IMG/VR virus record: IMGVR_UViG_3300024265_000006
Location: 1 to 55,101 of that record
Length of the DNA: 55,101 bases
Reading direction: 5' to 3' (one strand)
From: a virus
Lineage: Duplodnaviria > Caudoviricetes
The number at the start of each line of letters is the position of its first letter. Within the stretch, counting starts at the first letter, position 1. The notes beneath the pieces were generated by a model that saw only the letters and a program-made list of their open reading frames with translations, was not told where the DNA came from and did no database searches. Shown here in pieces: positions 25,739 to 34,237 of the stretch. Both the position numbers and the translations under genes were made by a program.

Positions 25739-26055
25739 CAAAACTAATTAGACCAACAATGTATTTTTGCCGCCGTGGTGTTAATGATATCTTTTGGATA
25801 ATTAAGAAGATGCGGGCCATTCCCGAAGATAGGCGGCAGGAAGTAACTAATCATTATGAGAAGTTGCTCAAGTTCAATGAGGGGTATCCGGGGCGCGATG
25901 AAGCAAACGAATATCTTCGCTCAGTTGCCGAGGAGTACCGACCAGAGCGAAAAGTTGTTGAGCCAAAACCAAAGCCAAAGCGTAGTTTCGTTAGCAAGAA
26001 GCCAGAGCAAAAATATAATAGTTCGTGTGGACTTTGGCGCACAAAATTAGACTGA
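25735..26055 (+). CDS. Hypothetical protein
   Basis: 106 aa with ATGA overlap. Confidence 0.6.
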   Translation: MTKLIRPTMYFCRRGVNDIFWIIKKMRAIPEDRRQEVTNHYEKLLKFNEGYPGRDEANEYLRSVAEEYRPERKVVEPKPKPKRSFVSKKPEQKYNSSCGLWRTKLD

Positions 26056-26118
26056 TGTCAATTGGGCGATGGTCGAATACCAATAAATCACTTAGGTGAT
26101 ATATTTTAATAAAACAAA

Positions 26119-26508
26119 GTGGAGAGCAAAATGAAAAGAAAAGTATACACAGACGGTAACGGTTCAAGGCTTATTGCGGTTCAGGGCCTTGGTGAATATC
26201 TGCCAGCTAGTTATTTTAAAGAGCAACAACAAGAAATCGCAGAGCTAAAAGCGCAAATATCATTAATTAAGCGGCACGCTGATGGTTTGATGGATTCAAA
26301 TTCAGGGATTGATTATAGCGGTAAAATGGATTTCTTGTTAGATGCTATCGATAAAGCCCCGCAGCAATGCCTAGCATCAATTAATGCTGATGCTGTTAAT
26401 GAGTTTGCCAATGAATACTGCTTGCCATGTACAACTGATTATCAAGTTCAATTAAGCAAAGACGCTATGCATTACTGTGACAAACTCAAGGAGCAAAACA
26501 ATGGATAG
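26119..26508 (+). CDS. Hypothetical protein
   Basis: ~125-129 aa with a coiled-coil segment. Confidence 0.6.
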   Translation: MESKMKRKVYTDGNGSRLIAVQGLGEYLPASYFKEQQQEIAELKAQISLIKRHADGLMDSNSGIDYSGKMDFLLDAIDKAPQQCLASINADAVNEFANEYCLPCTTDYQVQLSKDAMHYCDKLKEQNNG

Positions 26509-26707
26509 TTCAATTGCACACATGATCGGGCATTGCAAAACGCGCGGGCAGCTTCAAGCGTTGTGGGAACACTTCGAGCTTGAGATTGATTTTAAAGCTG
26601 GCATTAATGGCATGAAGCGAACCGGGCCACGGACTACGGTTTATTTTATTCATGAGCCTGGGCAACCTGAGAGCCTAAGCATTGCTAATGAGTTGTTACG
26701 CGATTAG
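26501..26707 (+). CDS. Hypothetical protein
   Basis: Likely start MDSSIAH with an AGGAG RBS. Confidence 0.55.
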   Translation: MDSSIAHMIGHCKTRGQLQALWEHFELEIDFKAGINGMKRTGPRTTVYFIHEPGQPESLSIANELLRD

Positions 26708-26720
26708 TTAAATCACAGGA

Positions 26721-27044
26721 GTGATAAAGATGAACTCACAAGGCGAACACCCAACCCATGCCAAATGGCGCAAATTCACCAATGAAGATTTAGCGAAATT
26801 GCTTAATAATCCAGATGACGCAAAACTTAATGGTGATATGTTTTTCTTCACCGGCGAGGAATGCGACAACGGTCATATAGCGGTTCGATATTCAAGTTGT
26901 GACAACTGCGTAATGTGTGCTGATATTAGCCGGGCAAAGAAGGTGGCTAAGGATAAATTAAAGTATTGGGATGATCTATTTTCGCCAAAAACCGAATCTA
27001 ATTCTATAGCGCCTTTCGGAATTAAAAAGCTAGCCAACTATTAA
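26721..27044 (+). CDS. Zinc-finger-like phage protein
   Basis: FFTGEECDNGHIAVRYSSCDNCVMC. Confidence 0.65.
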   Translation: MIKMNSQGEHPTHAKWRKFTNEDLAKLLNNPDDAKLNGDMFFFTGEECDNGHIAVRYSSCDNCVMCADISRAKKVAKDKLKYWDDLFSPKTESNSIAPFGIKKLANY

Positions 27045-27061
27045 AATAAGGACAAGTGGAA

Positions 27062-27627
27062 ATGGAAAATATAAAATATAAAATAATTTATTGTGATCCA
27101 CCTTGGTCATTCAATAGCAAGAAAACAGGCGGCAATATGACCTCTGGTGCCCTTGCTAAATACCCAACAATGACCTTGGCCGAATTAAAAACATGGACGT
27201 TGCTAGTTTATGCGCTGATGATTGTATTTTGATTATGTGGTGGGTCGGCAGTCAGCCGCAAGAAGCTCTTGATTTATGTAAGGCTTGGGGCTTTACCGTT
27301 AAGAATCTGAACGGCTTTGTTTGGAATAAGTTAACCGTTAAAGGTCTGCCGTTTTTCGGCATGGGGTTTTATACCAGGGCCGGTAGCGAGTCCGCACTGA
27401 TTGCTATCAAAGGTAAAGCTGGTAGTTTGGTTGATGATCACGGAGTTAGAGCCGTAAGGTCTGCCATTGTTGGTAAGCACTCGAAGAAGCCTGGTGAATT
27501 CCGCGATGACATTGTTAAAATGTGTGGCGATGTTCCGCGGCTAGAAATGTTTGCCCGGGACGCTACCGAAGGGTGGGATTTATTCGGCAATGAAGTGGAT
27601 AGCTCTATAAATATATCTAACAAATAA
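27062..27627 (+). pseudogene. MT-A70-family adenine methyltransferase split by a frameshift
   Basis: ATG 27062 gives YKIIYCDPPW...YPTMTLAELK in one frame; MDVASL...WGF...FVWNK...GMGFYTR..SE...HSKKP...RLEMFAR..GWD.FGNE follows in the -1 frame from 27193; junction at the A5 run 27187-27191. Confidence 0.85.
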
Positions 27628-27665
27628 AAAGCCCACTCGCGAGGATGGGCAAAGAGAACTAACAA

Positions 27666-28109
27666 GTGAGGCTTGATGATATCATGAAAGAAGATTTCTG
27701 CCTAAGTATCGACACGTTGTCATCGTTCTTTAAGTTGTGCACTGAGCTTGTGCTAAAGGGCGGCAGATTTCGGGTGAAAATTGTTAAGTGGCGAGAAAAG
27801 CGAAGCGTTGACCAAAATAGCTTATATTGGAAATGGCTTACTGAGATAGCTAACACTGTCGAAGTTGGTAGCGATTATTACGACGCGGAAACATGGCATT
27901 GTTATTTTAAGCGCTACTTTTGTCCGGTTAAAGTGGTGCCGCTTCCGGTTGGTCAAACATCAGAGAGATCAACCAAGCGGCTGGACGTTGGCGAGATGCA
28001 TTTTTATTTAAACCGAATTGAGCAATGGGCGATCGACAAAATGATTGTATTGCCAATGCCCGACGACAACGAATACCAAAAATTAAAGGATAAATCAAAT
28101 GGACAGTAA
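27666..28109 (+). CDS. ninB: NinB/YbcN-family recombination protein
   Basis: KRSVDQNSLYWKWLTEIA...STKRLDVGEMHFYLNRIEQWA. Confidence 0.8.
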   Translation: MRLDDIMKEDFCLSIDTLSSFFKLCTELVLKGGRFRVKIVKWREKRSVDQNSLYWKWLTEIANTVEVGSDYYDAETWHCYFKRYFCPVKVVPLPVGQTSERSTKRLDVGEMHFYLNRIEQWAIDKMIVLPMPDDNEYQKLKDKSNGQ

Positions 28110-28455
28110 ATTAACAGATTTAGAATTGTGTAAAAAGATTGCCAGAATGGAAGGGTTGACGGTGGTAATGGTTGGCAACGTCGAATGTATTGAAAACCTT
28201 TATTCAGTAATTAGTAGCGGTTACGGAAATGGAAGAAGCGAAAGCCCTTTCTGGCCGATGATTGATAAAGCTTTGCTGTTTGACTTGGCTTTTAAATACG
28301 AGGTTAATACCTGCTTTGCGCACCGAGAGTGTTACATAATTGACGAGAACGCAGGTGAATTTGATAGCGGCACTCTTTGTGTGAGTAAGTTTAGCGACGA
28401 GGAGGGTTTGCCACGTGCAATCCTTGAATGTATCGCGGGGACTAGAAATGCCTAA
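28099..28455 (+). CDS. NinX/DUF2591-like phage protein
   Basis: LTDLELCKKIA...LPRAILECI; paralog of 3575-3910. Confidence 0.6.
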   Translation: MDSKLTDLELCKKIARMEGLTVVMVGNVECIENLYSVISSGYGNGRSESPFWPMIDKALLFDLAFKYEVNTCFAHRECYIIDENAGEFDSGTLCVSKFSDEEGLPRAILECIAGTRNA

Positions 28456-28729
28456 GTTAACGATAAGAACATCAGCTAAGAACGAATCATGTTCCTTGCG
28501 CGTAAGCCCTCAATGCTCGCACGATGAAGAAGGCAAAGTGGTGCTAGCGCATTTAAACTCAAACTATCGCGGCACGGGCTTTAAATCGCCTGATATCTTC
28601 GGCGTGTATGCTTGCCATAGCTGTCACGTATTACTTGATGCCAGTAAAGTTGATTACGAAGATCAGCAGCGATCCATGTTCGAGACTCTCATGAAGCTAA
28701 TAAGCAAAGGGCTAGTAGTAATAAAATAA
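28448..28729 (+). CDS. DUF1364 (YbcO-like) nuclease-fold protein
   Basis: RTSAKNESCSLR...C...VVLAH...GTGFKSPD...ACHSCH. Confidence 0.85.
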   Translation: MPKLTIRTSAKNESCSLRVSPQCSHDEEGKVVLAHLNSNYRGTGFKSPDIFGVYACHSCHVLLDASKVDYEDQQRSMFETLMKLISKGLVVIK

Positions 28730-28740
28730 CGACACCGCTA

Positions 28741-28790
28741 CCTCTGATCTCAGAGTTGTGATATAGTCATATACACATTAGAGATCGAGG
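28741..28790 (+). promoter_or_regulatory. RBS-sequestering inverted repeat with an internal extended -10
   Basis: CCTCTGATCTC (28741-28751) can pair with GAGATCGAGG (28781-28790); TG-a-TATAGT at 28759-28767 lies between the arms. Confidence 0.55.
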
Positions 28791-28798
28791 GTTTTATT

Positions 28799-29434
28799 AT
28801 GGTTAAACTTGGTGGGATTTACAAGTCACAGAAATACAGCGACATGATGGTTATTGAAATCATTAACGCTAAAAAAGTTCTTGTTAGATTTTTTGATACC
28901 GAATGTGAAGTTTTTACTCAGTCCGACAAGGTTAAGCGGGGCACGGTTAAAGATGTTATGCATCCAGTTTATTTTGGCGTTGGGTTCGTAGGCGCAAAAG
29001 GCAGCGATATAATCAGAAATAACAAGGCTAAAAACGTGTGGTATCACATGCTCTATAGGTGCTACTCGCCTAGGGCAAAGTTAACGCACCCCACGTACTC
29101 CGAGTGTTATGTATGCGATGAATGGCATAATTACTCTACATTCCTTAATTGGTACTCTGATAATTATGTAGATGGATTCCAGCTTGATAAGGACATAAAG
29201 ATTGAAGGTAACAAGATTTACAGCCCCGAAACCTGCATGTTCGTTTCACCAAAGGATAACGCAGCGAAAGCGCAAGCTAAAGACTACGTAGTGACAACTC
29301 CTAATGGTGATGAAATCCACGTCCATAATCTTGCGGACTTTTGTAGGGCTAACGACCTTGGCCAGCCAAACCTTGTTGCTACTATAAGCGGTAGGCGAGA
29401 TAACCATAAGGGCTACACCGCAAGGTATAAATAA
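28799..29434 (+). CDS. Free-standing HNH-type homing endonuclease
   Basis: WYHMLYRCY...VCDEWHNYSTF...LDKDI..GNKIYSPETCMFV...N with a C-terminal DNA-binding module. Confidence 0.85.
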   Translation: MVKLGGIYKSQKYSDMMVIEIINAKKVLVRFFDTECEVFTQSDKVKRGTVKDVMHPVYFGVGFVGAKGSDIIRNNKAKNVWYHMLYRCYSPRAKLTHPTYSECYVCDEWHNYSTFLNWYSDNYVDGFQLDKDIKIEGNKIYSPETCMFVSPKDNAAKAQAKDYVVTTPNGDEIHVHNLADFCRANDLGQPNLVATISGRRDNHKGYTARYK

Positions 29435-29482
29435 ACTTTAATGAAACTTGTTGATAAGGGGTTAGTGACTTATGAGAAATAA
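29435..29482 (+). pseudogene. Stranded original 3' end of the DUF1364 gene
   Basis: Reads TLMKLVDKGLVTYEK*, matching the current DUF1364 tail TLMKLISKGLVVIK* (28685-28729). Confidence 0.75.
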
Positions 29483-29780
29483 ATACAGAGCAATAAAAAC
29501 AACGGTCGACGGTATAAAGTTTGATTCAAAAAAAGAGGCGGCAAGATATCAAGAGCTTAAAATATTGGAAAAATCTGGACGCATTTTTGATTTAAAGCTT
29601 CAGCCAAAGTTTGATCTAATCGTTAATGGTAAGAAAGTCGGGTTTTACAGGGCGGATTTCGAGTACACCGAAAACGGCAAAAACGTTGTCGAGGATGTGA
29701 AAGGGATGAAGACGCCAATGTATAATTTTAAGAAAAAAATGATTAAAGCTATTTATGGGTTTGATATATTCGAAACTTGA
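29472..29780 (+). CDS. DUF1064-family PD-(D/E)xK nuclease
   Basis: NKYRA.KT.VDGIKFDSKKEA..Y...LQPKF...YRADF.Y....VVEDVKG. Confidence 0.9.
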   Translation: MRNKYRAIKTTVDGIKFDSKKEAARYQELKILEKSGRIFDLKLQPKFDLIVNGKKVGFYRADFEYTENGKNVVEDVKGMKTPMYNFKKKMIKAIYGFDIFET

Positions 29781-29789
29781 GGGGTTATA

Positions 29790-29993
29790 ATGCCAAACTT
29801 ACATCGTTCGTTTAATGCAATCTCAATTGCTAGACATGAAAAAATAAATCCTGGTGATGTCGTCTATCTTAAACCGATAGGTTTTAAATGGGGAACACCA
29901 ACGCTATACGCCGTGCTAGATCGGTTGACAGGAAATAAAACGTCGTGTCAAATCGATGGGAATCAGTTCAAAAATAGATTTAGGAGGGCATGA
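29790..29993 (+). CDS. Hypothetical protein
   Basis: 67 aa with a GAGG RBS; last rightward gene. Confidence 0.55.
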   Translation: MPNLHRSFNAISIARHEKINPGDVVYLKPIGFKWGTPTLYAVLDRLTGNKTSCQIDGNQFKNRFRRA

Positions 29994-30032
29994 ATAGTTA
30001 CTAACTAATATTTCAATTAGCGACAGGCCATT

Positions 30033-30287
30033 TTAATTAGGCTTGTTGCTTTTCTCTTTTTCTAATTCTTTCATGATTTCACGAGTTAATTCAGCGCGAT
30101 TTTTAGCAGATTCTTGTTTTCTCCAACGGTCTGCGCGAATGTGAAAGATAAGGCCGATAATAATACTGATCAATGTTAGTGATAAACCTATGATGATCGA
30201 GTACTCATTAATCGCTGTTACTATCCCTCCCGCTCCCGATGTTATCAGCGCTCCGTTGCCTATGTTGTTTGAGGTGTCGATGCTCAT
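30033..30287 (-). CDS. Small membrane protein, holin/antiholin-like
   Basis: Hydrophobic segment IIIGLSLTLISIIIGLIF followed by a charged tail; near the lysis genes. Confidence 0.55.
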   Translation of the reverse strand: MSIDTSNNIGNGALITSGAGGIVTAINEYSIIIGLSLTLISIIIGLIFHIRADRWRKQESAKNRAELTREIMKELEKEKSNKPN

Positions 30288-30727
30288 GCTCTTTTATTCC
30301 TCGGTAGATATTTACTGCCAACCCAACCGCCTGAATGGTAATTATAATAACAACTCCGTATTGTCGGAAGAATTCCAATAAGCTGGCATATAACCAATCC
30401 ATAGATTACGCTCTCGAAGTTAGAGTATATAAGAATATTCTCACCATGAGCAAAATCATACTCAAGTGCAGCATAAGCTGTTAAAACAAATAGTAATATA
30501 ATAGCTTGGTAAAATCCAATTGATGAGCTGCGTGATGACAAATACCAAGCTGCGGCCATCGCAAAAGTTGCTCGAGTAAAATAAAACAGATCGCCAGAAG
30601 CGTCTCCAAATGCAGTATTAATGCAAGTGGCAATGAAAAACACCGACATGCAAAGGTTTTCAGCCCTTGCGCGTTCGGGTATAGCAGCAAGCAAGAAAAT
30701 GATCGCGCAAGCTAGCTGGAATAACAT
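30284..30727 (-). CDS. Multi-pass membrane protein
   Basis: 147 aa with about five hydrophobic segments. Confidence 0.7.
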   Translation of the reverse strand: MLFQLACAIIFLLAAIPERARAENLCMSVFFIATCINTAFGDASGDLFYFTRATFAMAAAWYLSSRSSSIGFYQAIILLFVLTAYAALEYDFAHGENILIYSNFESVIYGLVICQLIGILPTIRSCYYNYHSGGWVGSKYLPRNKRA

Positions 30728-30807
30728 TACTTTTTAGGTCCAGTTGTTCTAAGGGGTCGCTTAGTCGGATCTGATTTATCCGCTGGCTTTTGAATTGAGT
30801 TTAACAT
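30727..30807 (-). CDS. 26-aa basic Pro-rich peptide
   Basis: MLNSIQKPADKSDPTKRPLRTTGPKK; AAGGA RBS; TAATG coupling to the membrane protein. Confidence 0.55.
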   Translation of the reverse strand: MLNSIQKPADKSDPTKRPLRTTGPKK

Positions 30808-30844
30808 TATTGAATCCTTGAGTTTTGGTGGGTAGTAAAATTGT

Positions 30845-30873
30845 ATTTTAACGCTTAAGTAGCGCGGATACAA
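30845..30873 (-). promoter_or_regulatory. Promoter TTGTAT-17-TAAAAT upstream of the peptide gene
   Basis: Read directly on the minus strand at the end of the holin-like gene. Confidence 0.45.
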
Positions 30874-31417
30874 TACCCGACAACCCTGACCGTGCCGGGT
30901 TGCCTTGTGAGGCATTCAGCTTGTCGGCCTGTTCGCCCTTAAGTATGCCAAAATATGCATTAAGTAAGCCCACAAACGGAAGCGTGACCGCTACGATAAA
31001 GGCCCACCCATCCGTCACACTCTTAAGAGGATCGTCGCTAGTAATGACGGCATAGGCCCAAATGCTTATCGCCACAATCTCGGCATACGCTACGACATAG
31101 AACGCGCCGAGCGCGATCTTAGGCCTGGTTGTATGTGTGGACGTGGCCTCTGCTGCTAACATTGCACGGTTAGACTCGCCAGCCTGCCGTAATTGTTCGA
31201 TTGTTACGTCGAATTGCTTATCCATTAGCGCGGCACGTTGATCGCTCGGTACGTGGATAAGTGCGTCTTGAACTTCTGAGCCCGTGGCATGCGCAGGCAG
31301 CTGCTTATCGTCTGGTAGTACTGCGTTGATCGCACCTACGATTAGTGATCCTGTACCAGGCAGTGCAGCCTGTAATGCCACCGATCCCACGTTTTTGATA
31401 ATATTCCAAAAGTCCAT
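30848..31417 (-). CDS. Holin-like protein (3-TM holin type)
   Basis: Coupled to the endolysin; TRPKIA followed by two TM segments and AYFG. Confidence 0.65.
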   Translation of the reverse strand: MDFWNIIKNVGSVALQAALPGTGSLIVGAINAVLPDDKQLPAHATGSEVQDALIHVPSDQRAALMDKQFDVTIEQLRQAGESNRAMLAAEATSTHTTRPKIALGAFYVVAYAEIVAISIWAYAVITSDDPLKSVTDGWAFIVAVTLPFVGLLNAYFGILKGEQADKLNASQGNPARSGLSGIVSALLKR

Positions 31418-31767
31418 TATTTGCATCCCCAATGTTCAAAACTAAAATGGTTACCGTCATTAAATCGACCACCCCAACGCGCATCAGGATCCATGCGCTC
31501 CCACTCCTCACCGAGATCTCGATAAGCTTCGTGGTTGCCGTCAGAGATGTAAACATCTTCGATGAATACATTAAGGTCCGTCGCTAATCGTAATTTGTGG
31601 ACGGATTTTGATGCCGCATATCCTTTTTTTACACCGTGTGCCCCAAATACTCGCGGGTCTCTATATGCATCGCCAAAGGTTAGGCCATAACCTTTGACTG
31701 TAGCGTAATTAATAAGTTGTGCTATACACCGTGTAAATCGTTGTTGCTTAGAACTTAGACTCATCAC
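31417..31767 (-). CDS. Endolysin, peptidase M15 family
   Basis: Zn-peptidase motifs GDAYRD, SVHKLRLATD and WGGRFNDGNHF. Confidence 0.9.
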   Translation of the reverse strand: MMSLSSKQQRFTRCIAQLINYATVKGYGLTFGDAYRDPRVFGAHGVKKGYAASKSVHKLRLATDLNVFIEDVYISDGNHEAYRDLGEEWERMDPDARWGGRFNDGNHFSFEHWGCK

Positions 31768-31779
31768 CCACCCTCCACA

Positions 31780-33663
31780 TTATTGGTCCAACTCAATTAC
31801 CATTCGACTTGATGTTATTGCTAATACAGGGGAAGTTCCTACTATTTTAGATACCAGCCTTACAACGTCACTTACGGCTAATATTAGGTCTATAGCCGCA
31901 GATCCAACTAATACCGTGTCGGACACAGGCGTCATCCCTACAAACCCTTGGTTGACCCCGTTCTTTTGTAGCTCAACAAAGCTAGTTCCCGCCGCGAGAA
32001 ACCCAGACCCGCTCACTGTTATTAGTATCTTTATGGCGTACACACCGGCGGTGGGCGTTGTGAACAAGCCCGTTGTTAAATTGTATAGCGATCTCTTGTC
32101 CTTCTCGGCGCTATTAAAAACTAACACAGTACCTGATGGGATAGCTTGTGTAGATGTGCCCCGTGCGACTAACGAGTATTCAGATGCGCCATCGTTTATG
32201 TTCCACGCTCCGCCATCAGTCCAATTACTTAGGATTCGTAAAAACTCGGGGTTAGTTCCGAATAAAGCAGGAGTAGTTGTAGGTATATAGTTATTAGTGA
32301 TAGCATTCTGTCCGGTCGTACCGTCGCAACGGATAGCGCAATCTATGATGCCGCCGTCGATGCTAATGCCCTTAGAGTTCTCAAAAAATATAGGAGACGT
32401 TGCGCCGCCATTGCCGAAAAAATGACAACCACTGAAAGTGTGACCATTAAGAACGCTAATCGCTTTCATGTTCCACTCGTTATTATGGTTTATTTGGGTG
32501 CCGATGAAGGAACCGTGCGCGTGATTCGAACCCGCGACCAGCGTAATACCCCGCGTGTTATCGACAATGTTGCCCCCCATGAATAACGAATTGCCTGCGC
32601 CGATGATGGCGCCGTCGAGGTTGCCTGCCGCGTTAAAGTTAGAGAACACGTTAAACTCGGACGAAGCCCCCGGGTCGATCTCAACGCCGACGCGCCCCTG
32701 ATGGGCCGCGCAGTCCGTGAATTGCCCTTGGTCGCCCCTCGGGGCAGGTGCCGACGCGCCCACCTGTACGTGTATGCCATGACTGCGCATGTTCTCTGCG
32801 GTGTACCCTTCGACACGGTAGCGTGAGCACCCTTTAACCACGAGCCCAATCTCCGCCCCAACATCTGATCCAGTAACTAAGGTGCCTTTACATATGGTAC
32901 GGCCTAAGATAGCCCAGCCGGCTATGTCATCAGCCTCGAGTATTGTAGTAAATGCCACACCATCTTGTTTTATAGTCGGGTTATGCATCATCCAAATTTG
33001 ACCAGCCCTGATCGAAGTCTTACTTTTATTTAAGTAAGTGCCTCTTGGAACTTCGACGTTAAGCGACGCCAATGCTGCCGCCTGAAAACCTGCCGCTGAA
33101 TCAAAGGTGGTTGTTCCGTCAAGGATTGCTGGATGCTCGGACGTGGGTATAAAGTCCAGTACGCTTACTCTTTCCCGTAATTTGTTGGAGACAGTACGTA
33201 ATAGTGCGGTTCCCGTAGCCTGATAAACTTCAAGCATTCTGAAATTACCAGCTGCTGTATCAAATCTTAAGCTAACCGTAACGCCTGAAAGTAACTCACC
33301 CCCGGTTAATGCGGTACCGTCTGGGCTTCTTATGTCCACAACTCCCACGCCAGATACGTTAATGGTTGACGCCCCTGTGTTATCGTTGCCAGGAATGAAA
33401 GATACCTTGGTCCCGTCGGCATATACTGTAAATGCCTGCTTGAGTCCGATTTGGGCTAGTATGTAAGCATCAGCAATACCCGATTCCGCATAAAAAGCAC
33501 CATTGGCGACGTACCCAGCGATAGCCTTACCTAGCTGATTTAAGTCCGCATTAGTTAACACTATGCCCAGATCTTCAATGATGTTCTGGACTTCGCTCAT
33601 CGGCTGTATAAATTGTGCCGCTGTAAGAGTGTCGCCGGTTAAGAAGTCGTTTAGATCTTCCAC
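31780..33663 (-). CDS. Tail fibre/tailspike with beta-helix body and C1q-like C-terminus
   Basis: Baseplate-attachment N-terminus (DLNQLGKAI), RERVSVLDF...FQAA...VPRGTY beta-helix start, and VFN...YNLTTGLFT.P.AGVY C1q-like end. Confidence 0.85.
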   Translation of the reverse strand: MEDLNDFLTGDTLTAAQFIQPMSEVQNIIEDLGIVLTNADLNQLGKAIAGYVANGAFYAESGIADAYILAQIGLKQAFTVYADGTKVSFIPGNDNTGASTINVSGVGVVDIRSPDGTALTGGELLSGVTVSLRFDTAAGNFRMLEVYQATGTALLRTVSNKLRERVSVLDFIPTSEHPAILDGTTTFDSAAGFQAAALASLNVEVPRGTYLNKSKTSIRAGQIWMMHNPTIKQDGVAFTTILEADDIAGWAILGRTICKGTLVTGSDVGAEIGLVVKGCSRYRVEGYTAENMRSHGIHVQVGASAPAPRGDQGQFTDCAAHQGRVGVEIDPGASSEFNVFSNFNAAGNLDGAIIGAGNSLFMGGNIVDNTRGITLVAGSNHAHGSFIGTQINHNNEWNMKAISVLNGHTFSGCHFFGNGGATSPIFFENSKGISIDGGIIDCAIRCDGTTGQNAITNNYIPTTTPALFGTNPEFLRILSNWTDGGAWNINDGASEYSLVARGTSTQAIPSGTVLVFNSAEKDKRSLYNLTTGLFTTPTAGVYAIKILITVSGSGFLAAGTSFVELQKNGVNQGFVGMTPVSDTVLVGSAAIDLILAVSDVVRLVSKIVGTSPVLAITSSRMVIELDQ

Positions 33664-33664
33664 T

Positions 33665-34237
33665 TTATATCTCCTGGAATAAAACCTTGCAGTTCGCAGG
33701 CTTCAATTTATTAAATAAACATTCTAACAAAACGGTAACGTCATCACCAAACGTGATCGGAAAAGTATAAGGAAACCGCTCAGGTAGCGTTAAGTTGATC
33801 ACTATGGTAAATCGGGCAGCCTTATTAGAAGAAAAAACAATGCCACTCTCGCTGCCAGCCAGTACAGTAGCTGTAACACCAAATATTAGCGCAACGTTTT
33901 CAAAGTCAGGTATTGTTTGAACTCCCAAAGCCGCCAACTTGGTTAACACGTTTTTACGACGGTTAGCGATATTTCCGGTAACCTTAAAGCAATCATCCGG
34001 GATGCCAAGGGCAGACTCCCATTCGGCAATAAATTTGACTGTCTGATCTGGGATGATTTCTTCGCTGTATTCCTTTAGTAGCCCATTGGCTCGAAATAAC
34101 TCGCCAGCCATGCCACGAAGTAACTTCCTGAAATTACTATCACTCACACTTTTAGACGCAAACAATATGCCCCCCGGTAAATAGTCCGCTAGGCTGTTAG
34201 TGTACTGCTCTAAATCTCTGCGCTCAAATAATGCCAT
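33665..34237 (-). CDS. Baseplate wedge protein, Mu gp48/YmfQ-like
   Basis: LADYLPGG...EWESALGIPD.C...LECLFNKLKPA. Confidence 0.85.
   Translation of the reverse strand: MALFERRDLEQYTNSLADYLPGGILFASKSVSDSNFRKLLRGMAGELFRANGLLKEYSEEIIPDQTVKFIAEWESALGIPDDCFKVTGNIANRRKNVLTKLAALGVQTIPDFENVALIFGVTATVLAGSESGIVFSSNKAARFTIVINLTLPERFPYTFPITFGDDVTVLLECLFNKLKPANCKVLFQEI

Noticed and set aside
31780-33663. Diversity-generating retroelement or invertible tail-fibre cassette
   Set aside because: No reverse transcriptase, invertase or duplicated template region was found.
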